A stretch of 32,085 bases of DNA from Nitrospiraceae bacterium (GTDB lineage Bacteria; Nitrospirota; Nitrospiria; Nitrospirales; UBA2166), in the NCBI GenBank assembly GCA_002726235.1, contig PBSN01000008.1, positions 290,550 to 322,634 on the forward strand, read 5' to 3'. Position 1 is the stretch's first letter, and the number at the start of each line of letters is the position of its first letter. Of this stretch, positions 9,291 through 18,192 are shown piece after piece. Below the pieces are notes generated by a model. It was not told the DNA's origin, did no database searches, and saw nothing but the letters and a program-made list of their open reading frames with translations. Both the position numbers and the translations under genes were made by a program.

Positions 9291-10241
9291 ATGCAATGCA
9301 TTGAGGTTATTGCCCCTGCAAAAATAAATTTAATTTTGTCCGTTCTTGATCGTCGACCGGATGGGTATCATAATATCTGGTCGTTGATGCAGATGCTTGA
9401 GTTGCATGATTCTATCGTGGTGTCTTGCGATATGCTCCCCGAAGCGCATGATGTTGCGGGTTCTCATCAAAAACCGTTGCCCATCACGCTAGAATGTTCT
9501 GATGCTCGGTTGCCGTGTAACAAGGAAAATTTGGTATATCGTGCCGCGATAGCTGTCATGGAAAAAGCTGCCGTTTACCCGAAACTCCACATTCGAATTA
9601 TCAAACAGATTCCCATTGCCGCTGGCCTTGGAGGGGGGAGCAGTGATGCTGCGGCAACCATACAAGCCCTAAATCGTTTGCTACGTCTTGGGTGGGGGAA
9701 TGCTGAATGTGCACAGATTGGAGCGGGCATTGGGAGCGATGTGCCGTTTTTTTTCCATGGACCGACGTCGATTGTTCGTGGGAAAGGAAGCGAACTGTTT
9801 CCCGTTACGGTTAAGTCACCGCGCTGGGTCGTGCTCGTGAAACCTCCATTTGATATTTCAACCTCTTGGGCATACGAGCAACTCGATGAATGGAGGGCAT
9901 TGCAGGGTGAGAGAAGGCGTTTTACTGATGATGAAACAGTGCAGACCCTCCTTCAATCACCTCGATCGAATGAAGAGATTTACCCATATTGCTGGAATGC
10001 ATTTGAGCAGGTAATGGAAGAACGCTTCCCTGTTCTTGCTATGATTCGGCAGGAACATCATGATTTTGGCGCTAACCTTGCCATGCTGGCTGGCAGTGGG
10101 TCGACGGTCTTTGGCGTATACCCTTCAGAAGATATTGCCATCGCAGCTAAAAGAAAATTTCTGGATCACGAAAACTATCAAGTCTGGGCAACAAAGATGA
10201 AGGTTGCTCAACCACCTTTGGGCCATAAAACCGTTGGTTGA
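9291..10241 (+). CDS. ispE: 4-diphosphocytidyl-2-C-methyl-D-erythritol kinase
   Basis: APAKINL, DGYH, PIAAGLGGGSSDAA, GSDVPFF and GSGSTVF motifs. Confidence 0.96.
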   Translation: MQCIEVIAPAKINLILSVLDRRPDGYHNIWSLMQMLELHDSIVVSCDMLPEAHDVAGSHQKPLPITLECSDARLPCNKENLVYRAAIAVMEKAAVYPKLHIRIIKQIPIAAGLGGGSSDAAATIQALNRLLRLGWGNAECAQIGAGIGSDVPFFFHGPTSIVRGKGSELFPVTVKSPRWVVLVKPPFDISTSWAYEQLDEWRALQGERRRFTDDETVQTLLQSPRSNEEIYPYCWNAFEQVMEERFPVLAMIRQEHHDFGANLAMLAGSGSTVFGVYPSEDIAIAAKRKFLDHENYQVWATKMKVAQPPLGHKTVG

Positions 10242-10266
10242 CAAGGGTTTTAATATCAGATACGTT
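10238..10266 (+). promoter_or_regulatory. Putative sigma70 promoter for prs-rplY-pth, overlapping the ispE stop codon
   Basis: TTGACA (10238-10243), 17 bp spacer, TACGTT (10261-10266). Confidence 0.5.
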
Positions 10267-10309
10267 GTACCGATTTTGCAATACTGCACATACAGAAGGG
10301 GATGGGCAG

Positions 10310-11251
10310 TTGGGCGATAACCTCAAGGTTTTTGCTGGGAATTCTAACCCTGAGCTGGCAATGGAGGTCTGCCAGTATCTTGGTATTGGGCTAGGCGATA
10401 TTGAAGTTTCGACGTTTAGTGACGGCGAAATACAGGTTAAGATCGAAGAGAATATTCGTGGAGCGGATGTTTTTCTCATACAGTCCTGTTCGCCACCGGT
10501 TAACCGACATATTATGGAATTGCTCATCATGATGGATGCAGTGAAACGCTCATCTCCACGCCGCATCACCGCAGTGATCCCATATTATGGCTATGCTAGG
10601 CAAGATCGAAAGATGCAATCTCGTGTCCCTATCTCGGCTAAGTTGCTTGCAGATCTCATTACGACTGCGGGTGCAGACCGCGTGCTCACCATGGACCTTC
10701 ATGTCGGCCAAATTCAAGGGTTTTTTAATATCCCATTAGACCACTTGTACGGCACTCCGGTTATTCTGGATTATGTTGATGCTGTGGGATATGAGAATTT
10801 GGTTGTGGTCTCTCCTGATGCAGGCGGAGTTGAACGCGCTCGTGCATTTGCCAAGCGTCGGCAGTTTAACCTTGCGATTATTGATAAGCGGCGCGAAGGA
10901 CCAAATCAAGCTGAGGTGATGAATATTATTGGGAATGTGAAGGGACACGACGTGTTATTGCTTGATGATATGATCGACACAGCCGGCACGATTGTTCAAG
11001 GGGCAAAAGCTTGTGCTCAGCAAGGTGCAAAGCGGGTGAGGGCGGCGTGTACTCACGCGACGCTCTCAGGTGCAGCTCTTGACCGACTTAGTGCGGTAGA
11101 GCTTGAGGAAGTGATTGTAACGAATACTATTCCTCTTCATGGAAAGGAGCAGCAATGTCCCAAGCTCAAAGTTCTGTCCGTTGCTGCCTTGTTGGGGGAA
11201 GCCGTGGCGCGTATTCATGCGGAGGAGTCGGTGAGTTCATTGTTTGTGTAG
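10310..11251 (+). CDS. prs: Ribose-phosphate pyrophosphokinase
   Basis: FSDGE, PYYGYARQDRK, DLH..QIQGFF, VSPDAGG and DDMIDTAGT motifs. Likely start is TTG 10310 after SD GAAGGGGA (ORF track 10238 overextends). Confidence 0.97.
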   Translation: MGDNLKVFAGNSNPELAMEVCQYLGIGLGDIEVSTFSDGEIQVKIEENIRGADVFLIQSCSPPVNRHIMELLIMMDAVKRSSPRRITAVIPYYGYARQDRKMQSRVPISAKLLADLITTAGADRVLTMDLHVGQIQGFFNIPLDHLYGTPVILDYVDAVGYENLVVVSPDAGGVERARAFAKRRQFNLAIIDKRREGPNQAEVMNIIGNVKGHDVLLLDDMIDTAGTIVQGAKACAQQGAKRVRAACTHATLSGAALDRLSAVELEEVIVTNTIPLHGKEQQCPKLKVLSVAALLGEAVARIHAEESVSSLFV

Positions 11252-11298
11252 AAATGGGCAACTTAACCTTCCAATTAGTAGAGTGAGATCATGAATCA

Positions 11299-11952
11299 AT
11301 GAATTGTCGGTTGCCTTTAACCAAGAGAGTTGAAACAGGCAAGGGTGCCGTGCGTCAACTGCGCAGAGAAGGCAAGGTTCCTGGAGTGCTGTATGGGAAA
11401 GGTGAAACGACCTCTCTCACCCTTGACTACGTCGAGTTCAACAAGGTTCTTCGTTTAAGTCGGCAAGGGTATGTACTGGTCACCCTGACTGAAGCGGGTA
11501 ACAATGGCACTGTACAGCACAATGCGATACTCAAAGATGTCCAGTATGACCCTATCGATGGGAAAGCTCTCCATGTGGATTTTTTTGAAGTTGCAATGGA
11601 CCTGCCTATTCAAGTAACAGTTCCGATTGTGATCATTGGATCAACTCCCGTAGGCGTGGTACTTGGTGGAGTGTTACGGCAGAGGCAGCGGCATCTACAC
11701 GTTGAAGGACTCCCATCAGAGATTCCTGATACAGTTAGCGTTGATGCGTCCGGATTGGATATTGGGCACATTGTGAAGGTGAAGGATATTCCCATTGCAA
11801 AGGGCATCAAAATACATGATGACCTTGAGAAGATCGTTGTCAATATTACCGCTAAGAGGATAGTGGTCGAGACAACAGAAAGCGAAGGCGAGGAAAGTGT
11901 TCAGACACCTCAGGAATCTGCAGCGTCAAAACCTGCAGCGTCAACTACTTAG
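11299..11952 (+). CDS. rplY: 50S ribosomal protein L25/general stress protein Ctc (long form)
   Basis: GKGAVRQLRREGKVPGVLYG, ILKDVQYDP, HVDF and GVVLGG motifs. Position between prs and pth. Confidence 0.95.
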   Translation: MNCRLPLTKRVETGKGAVRQLRREGKVPGVLYGKGETTSLTLDYVEFNKVLRLSRQGYVLVTLTEAGNNGTVQHNAILKDVQYDPIDGKALHVDFFEVAMDLPIQVTVPIVIIGSTPVGVVLGGVLRQRQRHLHVEGLPSEIPDTVSVDASGLDIGHIVKVKDIPIAKGIKIHDDLEKIVVNITAKRIVVETTESEGEESVQTPQESAASKPAASTT

Positions 11953-11978
11953 GTCTGGGGGAAATACGTTCGATTGCT

Positions 11979-12563
11979 ATACGCCTTATCATCGGACTTG
12001 GAAATCCAGGTGTCCGTTACAGATGGACTCGACATAACATCGGGTTTATGGTCCTTGATCAGCTCGCTGAGGAATGTGGCGTGGCGTTTAAGCGTGATGC
12101 GGGGTTTCTCGCTGGGTTTGGAATGATAGGAAGTGAGCACGTCATCCTTGTTAAACCGCAAACGTTCATGAATAACAGTGGGGATATGCTGGCTACTCTG
12201 TATGCAGAAGAAAGGGCATCAACCTTTGATTTAATTGTGATTCATGATGATTTGGATCTCGATCTTGGAAGGATTAAAATTCAACACGGTGGGGGTGGTG
12301 GTGGACACCGTGGAGTCGAATCAATTATTGAGCAGTCGGTAGGCAACCAATTCACTCGAGTGAGAATGGGAATTGGACGTCCGACATTTCCGATGACGAG
12401 TGCTGATTACGTGTTGTCTCCACTGACAGAGAGAGACAGGTTGGAGTTTAAAAAAATAACGCAACGTGCCGCAGCTGCAGTGCATTGTCTCGTGCGCGAT
12501 GGAATTACAAGAGCGATGAATCATTTTAATAGCAGCAAGAATGAATCGTCCATGTCGCAGTAA
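11979..12563 (+). CDS. pth: Peptidyl-tRNA hydrolase, apparently with a non-canonical start (ATA 11979 or ATT 11973)
   Basis: The frame upstream of ATG 12048 encodes the conserved RLIIGLGNPG..Y..TRHNIGF. Downstream motifs are KPQTFMNNSG, HDDLD, GGH.G and RMGIGRP. Confidence 0.93.
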   Translation: MRLIIGLGNPGVRYRWTRHNIGFMVLDQLAEECGVAFKRDAGFLAGFGMIGSEHVILVKPQTFMNNSGDMLATLYAEERASTFDLIVIHDDLDLDLGRIKIQHGGGGGGHRGVESIIEQSVGNQFTRVRMGIGRPTFPMTSADYVLSPLTERDRLEFKKITQRAAAAVHCLVRDGITRAMNHFNSSKNESSMSQ

Positions 12564-12602
12564 GGGATATCCTTTGTCCACTTTGGGTGTGTAGGGGAAA
12601 AC

Positions 12603-12962
12603 ATGAATCAAGAAGAAATACGGATGTATGAATTGGTAGTGATTCTGAGGCATTCCTTAGGTGATCCAGAAATTCAACAATTTATTGATGACTACACCGT
12701 TCGGATAGAACAGAGCGGGAGCATAGTGATAAAAGTCGACAACTGGGGCAAGCGAAAGCTTGCATATGAAATTAAAGGTGAGAGAAAGGGGACATATCTT
12801 TGTTTTAATTTTCAAGGGAAAGGGGCTGTTATTCAGCCGCTTGAAAATGCAAATCGTATCAATGATGTGATTCTGAAGTCTATGATAATCCGAGTTGAGA
12901 AAATCGCTAGTGATACAGTAGCTGGCAACGAGGTGGAGGAACGGGAGAGTGCCGTCGTTTAA
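12603..12962 (+). CDS. rpsF: 30S ribosomal protein S6
   Basis: YELVVIL and WGKRKLAYEI motifs. First gene of the rpsF-ssb-rpsR block. Confidence 0.97.
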   Translation: MNQEEIRMYELVVILRHSLGDPEIQQFIDDYTVRIEQSGSIVIKVDNWGKRKLAYEIKGERKGTYLCFNFQGKGAVIQPLENANRINDVILKSMIIRVEKIASDTVAGNEVEERESAVV

Positions 12963-13338
12963 TAAGGTCATTCTCATGGGGAATTTGACCAAAGATCCTG
13001 AGCTTCGCTATACCCCTAGCGGTACATCGGTCGTGGAGTTTTCCCTTGCGGTGAATCGGAAATTTGGCCAAGGTGAGGAACAGAAAGATGAAGTTTGCTT
13101 CATTGACATTGTCGTGTTTGGGAAGCAGGCAGAGAATTGCGGGCAGTATCTGACAAAAGGAAATGGTGTCATTGTCGACGGGCGGCTTAGCCAACGGCGC
13201 TGGGAAACTGCTGAGGGTCAAAAACGCAGTAAGCACGAGGTGGTTGCTCTTAATGTGACTTTTATGCCAAAGCGGCAGGAAACACCCTCTGAGAGAGGTG
13301 TCAGAGACGTAGTGGAATTGTCTGGTGAGGAAAGTTAG
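12949..13338 (+). CDS. ssb: Single-stranded DNA-binding protein
   Basis: NKVILMGNLTKDPELRYTPSG, LAVNR and GRL...W motifs. Short C-terminal tail lacks the usual DDIPF tip. Confidence 0.96.
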   Translation: MPSFNKVILMGNLTKDPELRYTPSGTSVVEFSLAVNRKFGQGEEQKDEVCFIDIVVFGKQAENCGQYLTKGNGVIVDGRLSQRRWETAEGQKRSKHEVVALNVTFMPKRQETPSERGVRDVVELSGEES

Positions 13339-13388
13339 TCGTGCAGAGGATTAGATTTCATCTAAGATCCTAAGAAGGAGAAGGAAGC

Positions 13389-13616
13389 TTGGAGCGCTCG
13401 AGATTTAGTCGAAGTAGAATTTGCAGATTTTGTCATGAGAAAAAGGTAGTGCACTACAAGGACGCAGTGGCATTGCGGGTGTTTTTGACGGAACGAGGCC
13501 GAATTATTCCGCGCCGAGTTTCTGGGAACTGCATGCGACATCAGCGGGAATTAACCGTTGAAATTAAACGTGCGAGAACTATTGCACTTCTAGCGTTTGC
13601 AGAAGAACAACGCTGA
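13389..13616 (+). CDS. rpsR: 30S ribosomal protein S18 (zinc-binding C+ form)
   Basis: CRFC, ERGRIIPRRVSGNC..HQR and IKRAR motifs. TTG start with strong SD. Confidence 0.97.
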   Translation: MERSRFSRSRICRFCHEKKVVHYKDAVALRVFLTERGRIIPRRVSGNCMRHQRELTVEIKRARTIALLAFAEEQR

Positions 13617-13634
13617 TGTTCGCGAGCATTTGTC

Positions 13635-14186
13635 GTGAGATATCTTATATCAGATATCCCGCAGGGTTCTGCAAAAGGGTTCAACCAATCATTCTCGGAG
13701 TCTTCAGAAAGTCTTGGGTTCACCGAGGGCGAGATTTGTATTGAGGGTAAAGTTGAGGGCCATCTCAAACTCTGGAGAGAAAGAGCCATTGTTACAATAC
13801 AAGGAGAAATTTCGGTTAACGTCTCCCTGCAGTGTTGTCGCTGTCTTGCAGGTGTCATGATGTCATTGTATCCAGTCTTGACATTACGGTGTTTCCCGGA
13901 AGCATTGATTGACAATGATCTACACGAGACAGGGGAGGTAAGTCCTGAAGATGATATCTACACGTATGCTGGAATGTTTCTAGATATCCGACCAATTGTT
14001 CGTGAGCAACTGCTTCTTGCTGTGCCGCCGTATTCGTACTGTCGTTCGGACTGTTATGGGTTGTGTGTTGTCTGCGGCCAGGACTTGAATCGTGTCAAAT
14101 GTGGATGTTCGGCTACTCGGTCTGATTCTCGCTTTGTTGCTCGACAACACTTGAAACCGACATTTAGGATAACAAAACATGGCTAA
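13635..14186 (+). CDS. yceD: YceD/DUF177 family protein
   Basis: [12 protein letters not shown] and C...C.GLC..CG.DLN...C.C pattern. Directly upstream of rpmF. Confidence 0.9.
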   Translation: MRYLISDIPQGSAKGFNQSFSESSESLGFTEGEICIEGKVEGHLKLWRERAIVTIQGEISVNVSLQCCRCLAGVMMSLYPVLTLRCFPEALIDNDLHETGEVSPEDDIYTYAGMFLDIRPIVREQLLLAVPPYSYCRSDCYGLCVVCGQDLNRVKCGCSATRSDSRFVARQHLKPTFRITKHG

Positions 14187-14361
14187 TCCAAAGCATCGGC
14201 ACACCAAAATGAGACGTGATAAGCGTCGTGCACACGACGGATTGCGTCTTCCATCCTTCTCCAACTGCCCGCAATGTCATGAGCCGAAATTGCCCCATTA
14301 TGTTTGTCTTGCCTGTGGAACGTATAAGGGGAATGAGGTTATTGCGACCAAGGACTCCTAG
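14179..14361 (+). CDS. rpmF: 50S ribosomal protein L32 (C+ form)
   Basis: [21 protein letters not shown] and [10 protein letters not shown]. Confidence 0.97.
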   Translation: MANPKHRHTKMRRDKRRAHDGLRLPSFSNCPQCHEPKLPHYVCLACGTYKGNEVIATKDS

Positions 14362-14391
14362 CGTCTTCGCAATTTTCCCACGTCTCGCCAC

Positions 14392-15426
14392 GTGAAAATT
14401 GCGGTTGATGCTATGGGGGGTGACCGGGCACCAGCCCAGGTAGTGGGAGGGGTCTGTCTTGCAGCACGTGATCTCGACGTGGAGATTATTCTTGTTGGAG
14501 ATGAACCTGAGATTCGTCGCCATTTGCGTGAGACCATGGCTGATGTACCATCCAGTATTTCTATTCGGCATGCCTCGCAGCAAGTTGAAATGCACGACCC
14601 TCCTTCTTCAGTTGTCCGCAGGAAACGCGATTCGTCAATTTGGATAGCGACAGAACTTGTGCGCAACAAAGAGGCTGCGGCTGTGATTAGCGCGGGTAAT
14701 ACAGGCGCTACTATGGTGTCAGCCTTCTTTCTGCTAGGCGTTCTAAAGGGAATTGACCGGCCAGCGATTGCAGTGACCCTTCCAACTTTAAGAGGACAGG
14801 CAATTATGCTTGATGTTGGCGCAACTGTTGACTCTCTTCCGCATCAGCTCTATCAATTTGCAATTATGGGGAACGAATACGCAAAACAGGTGCTTGGGGA
14901 TGCCAAGCCAAAGATTGGCTTGCTGAGCATCGGGGAAGAAGATGAAAAGGGTAATGAAACTACCAGGGAAGCCTTTAGTTTGCTTAAAAATAGTTCGTTG
15001 AATTTTATTGGTAACGTGGAAGGGCGGGACGTCTATACTGGAATGGCTGACGTAATTGTGTGTGATGGGTTTATTGGAAACGTTGGATTAAAGATCAGTG
15101 AGGGCGTCGTTGAGATTATGACGAAGATGTTGATAAATGACATTAGTCATTCGCGCATCGGAAAGCTAGGATATGCGCTATTACGTCCCTCACTACATCG
15201 ATTCAAGAAGCGAATTGACTATGCAGAGTTTGGGGGTGCGCCACTTCTTGGTGTGAATGGAACATGTGTCATTTGTCATGGACGATCATCAGCAAAAGCA
15301 GTTTATAGTGCGGTGCGGCTCGCACGTCAGCTCATCGATCAAAAGATTAACGAAAGCATACAAGATGATGTAGTACACGAAGCGGCGTTCGTGAGTGCTA
15401 ATGATTCTACGCGAGCCTCGGGATGA
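14392..15426 (+). CDS. plsX: Phosphate acyltransferase
   Basis: IAVDAMGGD.AP, SAGNTGA, IDRPA, DGFIGN and HGRS motifs. Confidence 0.97.
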   Translation: MKIAVDAMGGDRAPAQVVGGVCLAARDLDVEIILVGDEPEIRRHLRETMADVPSSISIRHASQQVEMHDPPSSVVRRKRDSSIWIATELVRNKEAAAVISAGNTGATMVSAFFLLGVLKGIDRPAIAVTLPTLRGQAIMLDVGATVDSLPHQLYQFAIMGNEYAKQVLGDAKPKIGLLSIGEEDEKGNETTREAFSLLKNSSLNFIGNVEGRDVYTGMADVIVCDGFIGNVGLKISEGVVEIMTKMLINDISHSRIGKLGYALLRPSLHRFKKRIDYAEFGGAPLLGVNGTCVICHGRSSAKAVYSAVRLARQLIDQKINESIQDDVVHEAAFVSANDSTRASG

Positions 15427-16400
15427 GGGCGAGAGTCGTTGGAACCGGATCATATGTCCCACGCTCAGTCATCACAAATTCCGATCTCGAACAAACTGTT
15501 AATACATCTGATCAATGGATTACCGAGCGTACCGGGATTCGCAGTCGCTATATTGCCTCTCCGGGTGAAGGAAGCTCGGCCTTAGGTGCTAAGGCGGCTA
15601 CAATTGCGCTAGCAACTGCGCGTCTTGACCCTGCGGATCTCGATCTCATCATTGTTGCGACCTGTACGCCAGATATGCCTTTTCCATCAACGGCATGCCT
15701 TATTCAATCAATTCTAGGTGCCAAGGCGGCTGTTGCCTTTGATGTCTCTGCGGCATGTTCAGGGTTTTTGTTTGCACTCTCTATTGCGGATCACTATATT
15801 CGACTTGAGACTTACCGGAATGTACTGGTTGTCGGTACCGAGGTTATGTCTTCGGTCACCGATTGGACTGATCGGGCGACATGTATCATTTTTGGTGACG
15901 GTGCTGGCGCCGCTGTCTTACAAGGCATCAAAGGCGAAAATGGGATTCTTTCAAACCATCTCCACTCTAATGGTCAGAGGTGGGATTTAATTTACGTCCC
16001 TGGAGGGGGATCGCAGCAACCACTATCGGAAACTGTCCTGAATGAGAGACTAAATTTTATAAAGATGCGCGGGAGTACAACGTTCAAACTTGCTGTAAAG
16101 ATGATGGAAGAGGCCGCGCGGGAGGCCTTAGCTGCAAATAATCTTACAATAGATGACATTGATCTTTTTATTCCGCATCAAGCGAATGCACGGATTATTA
16201 AAGCGACTGCGGAGCGGCTACATGTTCCAATGGAGCGAGTCGTGATGAACATTGGACAATATGGGAATACCTCTGCGGCATCAGTACCATTGGCACTTGA
16301 TGAAATGGTGAGGGAAAACCGGATTAAAAGCGGCACTCACGTGCTCTTGATTGCGTTTGGTAGCGGTCTCACGTGGGCATCAACACTAATTCGATGGTGA
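15423..16400 (+). CDS. fabH: 3-oxoacyl-ACP synthase III
   Basis: Catalytic triad motifs AACSGF, PHQAN and GNTSAAS, plus FGDGAGA. Confidence 0.97.
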   Translation: MRARVVGTGSYVPRSVITNSDLEQTVNTSDQWITERTGIRSRYIASPGEGSSALGAKAATIALATARLDPADLDLIIVATCTPDMPFPSTACLIQSILGAKAAVAFDVSAACSGFLFALSIADHYIRLETYRNVLVVGTEVMSSVTDWTDRATCIIFGDGAGAAVLQGIKGENGILSNHLHSNGQRWDLIYVPGGGSQQPLSETVLNERLNFIKMRGSTTFKLAVKMMEEAAREALAANNLTIDDIDLFIPHQANARIIKATAERLHVPMERVVMNIGQYGNTSAASVPLALDEMVRENRIKSGTHVLLIAFGSGLTWASTLIRW

Positions 16401-16412
16401 TAAGGTAGCGCT

Positions 16413-17225
16413 ATGGAAAGAAACAGTGATCTTGTAGGTGAGTGGGCACTTATTTTGGGTGCCTCAAGTGGATTTGGTGCCGCTTGTGCAGTTGAACTTG
16501 CAGCACAAGGAATGAATATTTTTGGTGTTCATCTCGATCGAAAATCAACACTTCCACAAGTAGGAGATCTTGTACGAAACATCCGCGGTATGGGGCGAGA
16601 AGCTGTCTTTATAAACGCCAATGCTGCTGATGCGAATAAACGGAGCGAAATTATTGATTCAATTACGCAAACACTTTCTAGCGAAGCTGAAAATAGGCGA
16701 ATACGTATTTTGCTTCACTCCCTCGCATTCGGAACCTTGAAGCTCTTTATTGCTGAAGAAGAGGCTAGTGCTGTAACGAAGGCTCAAATCGATATGACAA
16801 TTGATGTCATGGCCAATAGCTTAGTCTATTGGGTACAGGATCTGATGGTCCGTAAGCTTATGGGAGAGGGAGGACGTATTTTTGCTCTCACAAGTGCTGG
16901 AGGCTCAAAGGTATGGCCAAATTATGGAGCAGTTTCTGCCGCAAAAGCCGCACTCGAATCCCATATTCGACAGCTTGCCCTTGAACTTGCTCCCGCAGGA
17001 GTGACGGCAAATGCAATCATGGCAGGTGTGACTAACACCCCAGCACTTCAAAAAATTCCTGGATCTACCGAGATGCTTGAACGTGCATTACAAAAAAACC
17101 CATCACGACGTTTGACAACACCAGAGGATGTTGCTAGGGCATTGGGCGTACTAAGTCATCGCAAAACACAGTGGATGACTGGGAACGTTATCGCTATAGA
17201 TGGGGGGGAATTCATCGTTGGGTAA
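16413..17225 (+). CDS. SDR-family enoyl-ACP reductase (FabL/FabI-like)
   Basis: Rossmann motif LGASSGFG and catalytic Y-x6-K (NYGAVSAAK) typical of enoyl reductases. Sits inside the fab cluster. Confidence 0.8.
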   Translation: MERNSDLVGEWALILGASSGFGAACAVELAAQGMNIFGVHLDRKSTLPQVGDLVRNIRGMGREAVFINANAADANKRSEIIDSITQTLSSEAENRRIRILLHSLAFGTLKLFIAEEEASAVTKAQIDMTIDVMANSLVYWVQDLMVRKLMGEGGRIFALTSAGGSKVWPNYGAVSAAKAALESHIRQLALELAPAGVTANAIMAGVTNTPALQKIPGSTEMLERALQKNPSRRLTTPEDVARALGVLSHRKTQWMTGNVIAIDGGEFIVG

Positions 17226-17226
17226 G

Positions 17227-18180
17227 GTGCCTGAGAAATCGGGTTCTCGCGTTGCATTTGTTTTTCCCGGGCAGGGTTCGCAGTGCCTTGGAATGGGAAA
17301 ACTATTCTATGAGACGGATTGTCAGGCTAGGAAATTGTTCGATACGGCAAGCGCTGTCCTTGGTTTTGATCTTCCAGCTCTGTGTTTTGATGGTCCGGAC
17401 GATCGTTTAAATCTCACCGAATATACACAACCGGCAATACTGACGGTAAGTGTGGCAGCGCTACACGCGCTTATTCGCGCTGGCATTTCACCATTGGCTG
17501 TTGCAGGTCACAGCCTTGGAGAGTGGACTGCTGTCGTCGCTGCCGATGGGGTGGAATTTCCTGATGCTGTCCAAGTCGTGAGGAAACGAGGCCGTTATAT
17601 GCAAGAAGCAGTCGGTACTGGACACGGAATAGTTGCTGCTGTTCTTGGTGTTCCACGAGACGTAATTGTGGAGTCCTGTCAAACCGCCTCTCGTTTAGGA
17701 GTTGTCTGCCCCGCGAACTTCAATAGTCCTCGTCAGGTAGTCATTGCGGGAGAAACAGTGGCGGTGGAAGAAGCATTGCGATTAATCCATGCACAACATA
17801 AGGGCCGTTCAGTGCGCTTGCCCATTAGTGTTCCAGTGCACACTCCGCTAATGCTAAAAGCTGCGGAACGTCTTGCCTCAGATCTCGACTTAATTACTAT
17901 CCGTGATTTGGAAATACCATTAGTCAATAACGTCCATGCAAAACCTATTAGGCTTCGCCATGATGTTCGCACTTCACTTCTTGCGCAACTGCCTTCTCCT
18001 GTCCTGTGGGAGGATTCAATTAAAACGCTTGTATCCATGGGCATTAACATTATTATTGAAATTGGCCCTGGGATGGTGTTGTCCCGATTGATTAAAAGTA
18101 TTACGGATCAAGCTAGAGTATTTAGTGTGCAGGATCCAGAAAGTCTTCATTGTGCAGTTGAGGTACTAGCTCAAGGGTAG
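17227..18180 (+). CDS. fabD: Malonyl-CoA:ACP transacylase
   Basis: FPGQGSQ, TQPA, GHSLGE, ANFNSP.Q and EIGPG motifs. Likely GTG start right after the upstream stop (ORF track 17200). Confidence 0.96.
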   Translation: MPEKSGSRVAFVFPGQGSQCLGMGKLFYETDCQARKLFDTASAVLGFDLPALCFDGPDDRLNLTEYTQPAILTVSVAALHALIRAGISPLAVAGHSLGEWTAVVAADGVEFPDAVQVVRKRGRYMQEAVGTGHGIVAAVLGVPRDVIVESCQTASRLGVVCPANFNSPRQVVIAGETVAVEEALRLIHAQHKGRSVRLPISVPVHTPLMLKAAERLASDLDLITIRDLEIPLVNNVHAKPIRLRHDVRTSLLAQLPSPVLWEDSIKTLVSMGINIIIEIGPGMVLSRLIKSITDQARVFSVQDPESLHCAVEVLAQG

Positions 18181-18192
18181 TCTGCGTGTAGC

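Noticed and set aside
12288..12306. G-rich tract in pth as a phase-variation or G-quadruplex element
   Set aside because: It encodes the Gly-rich loop before the conserved GGH motif and the frame is intact.
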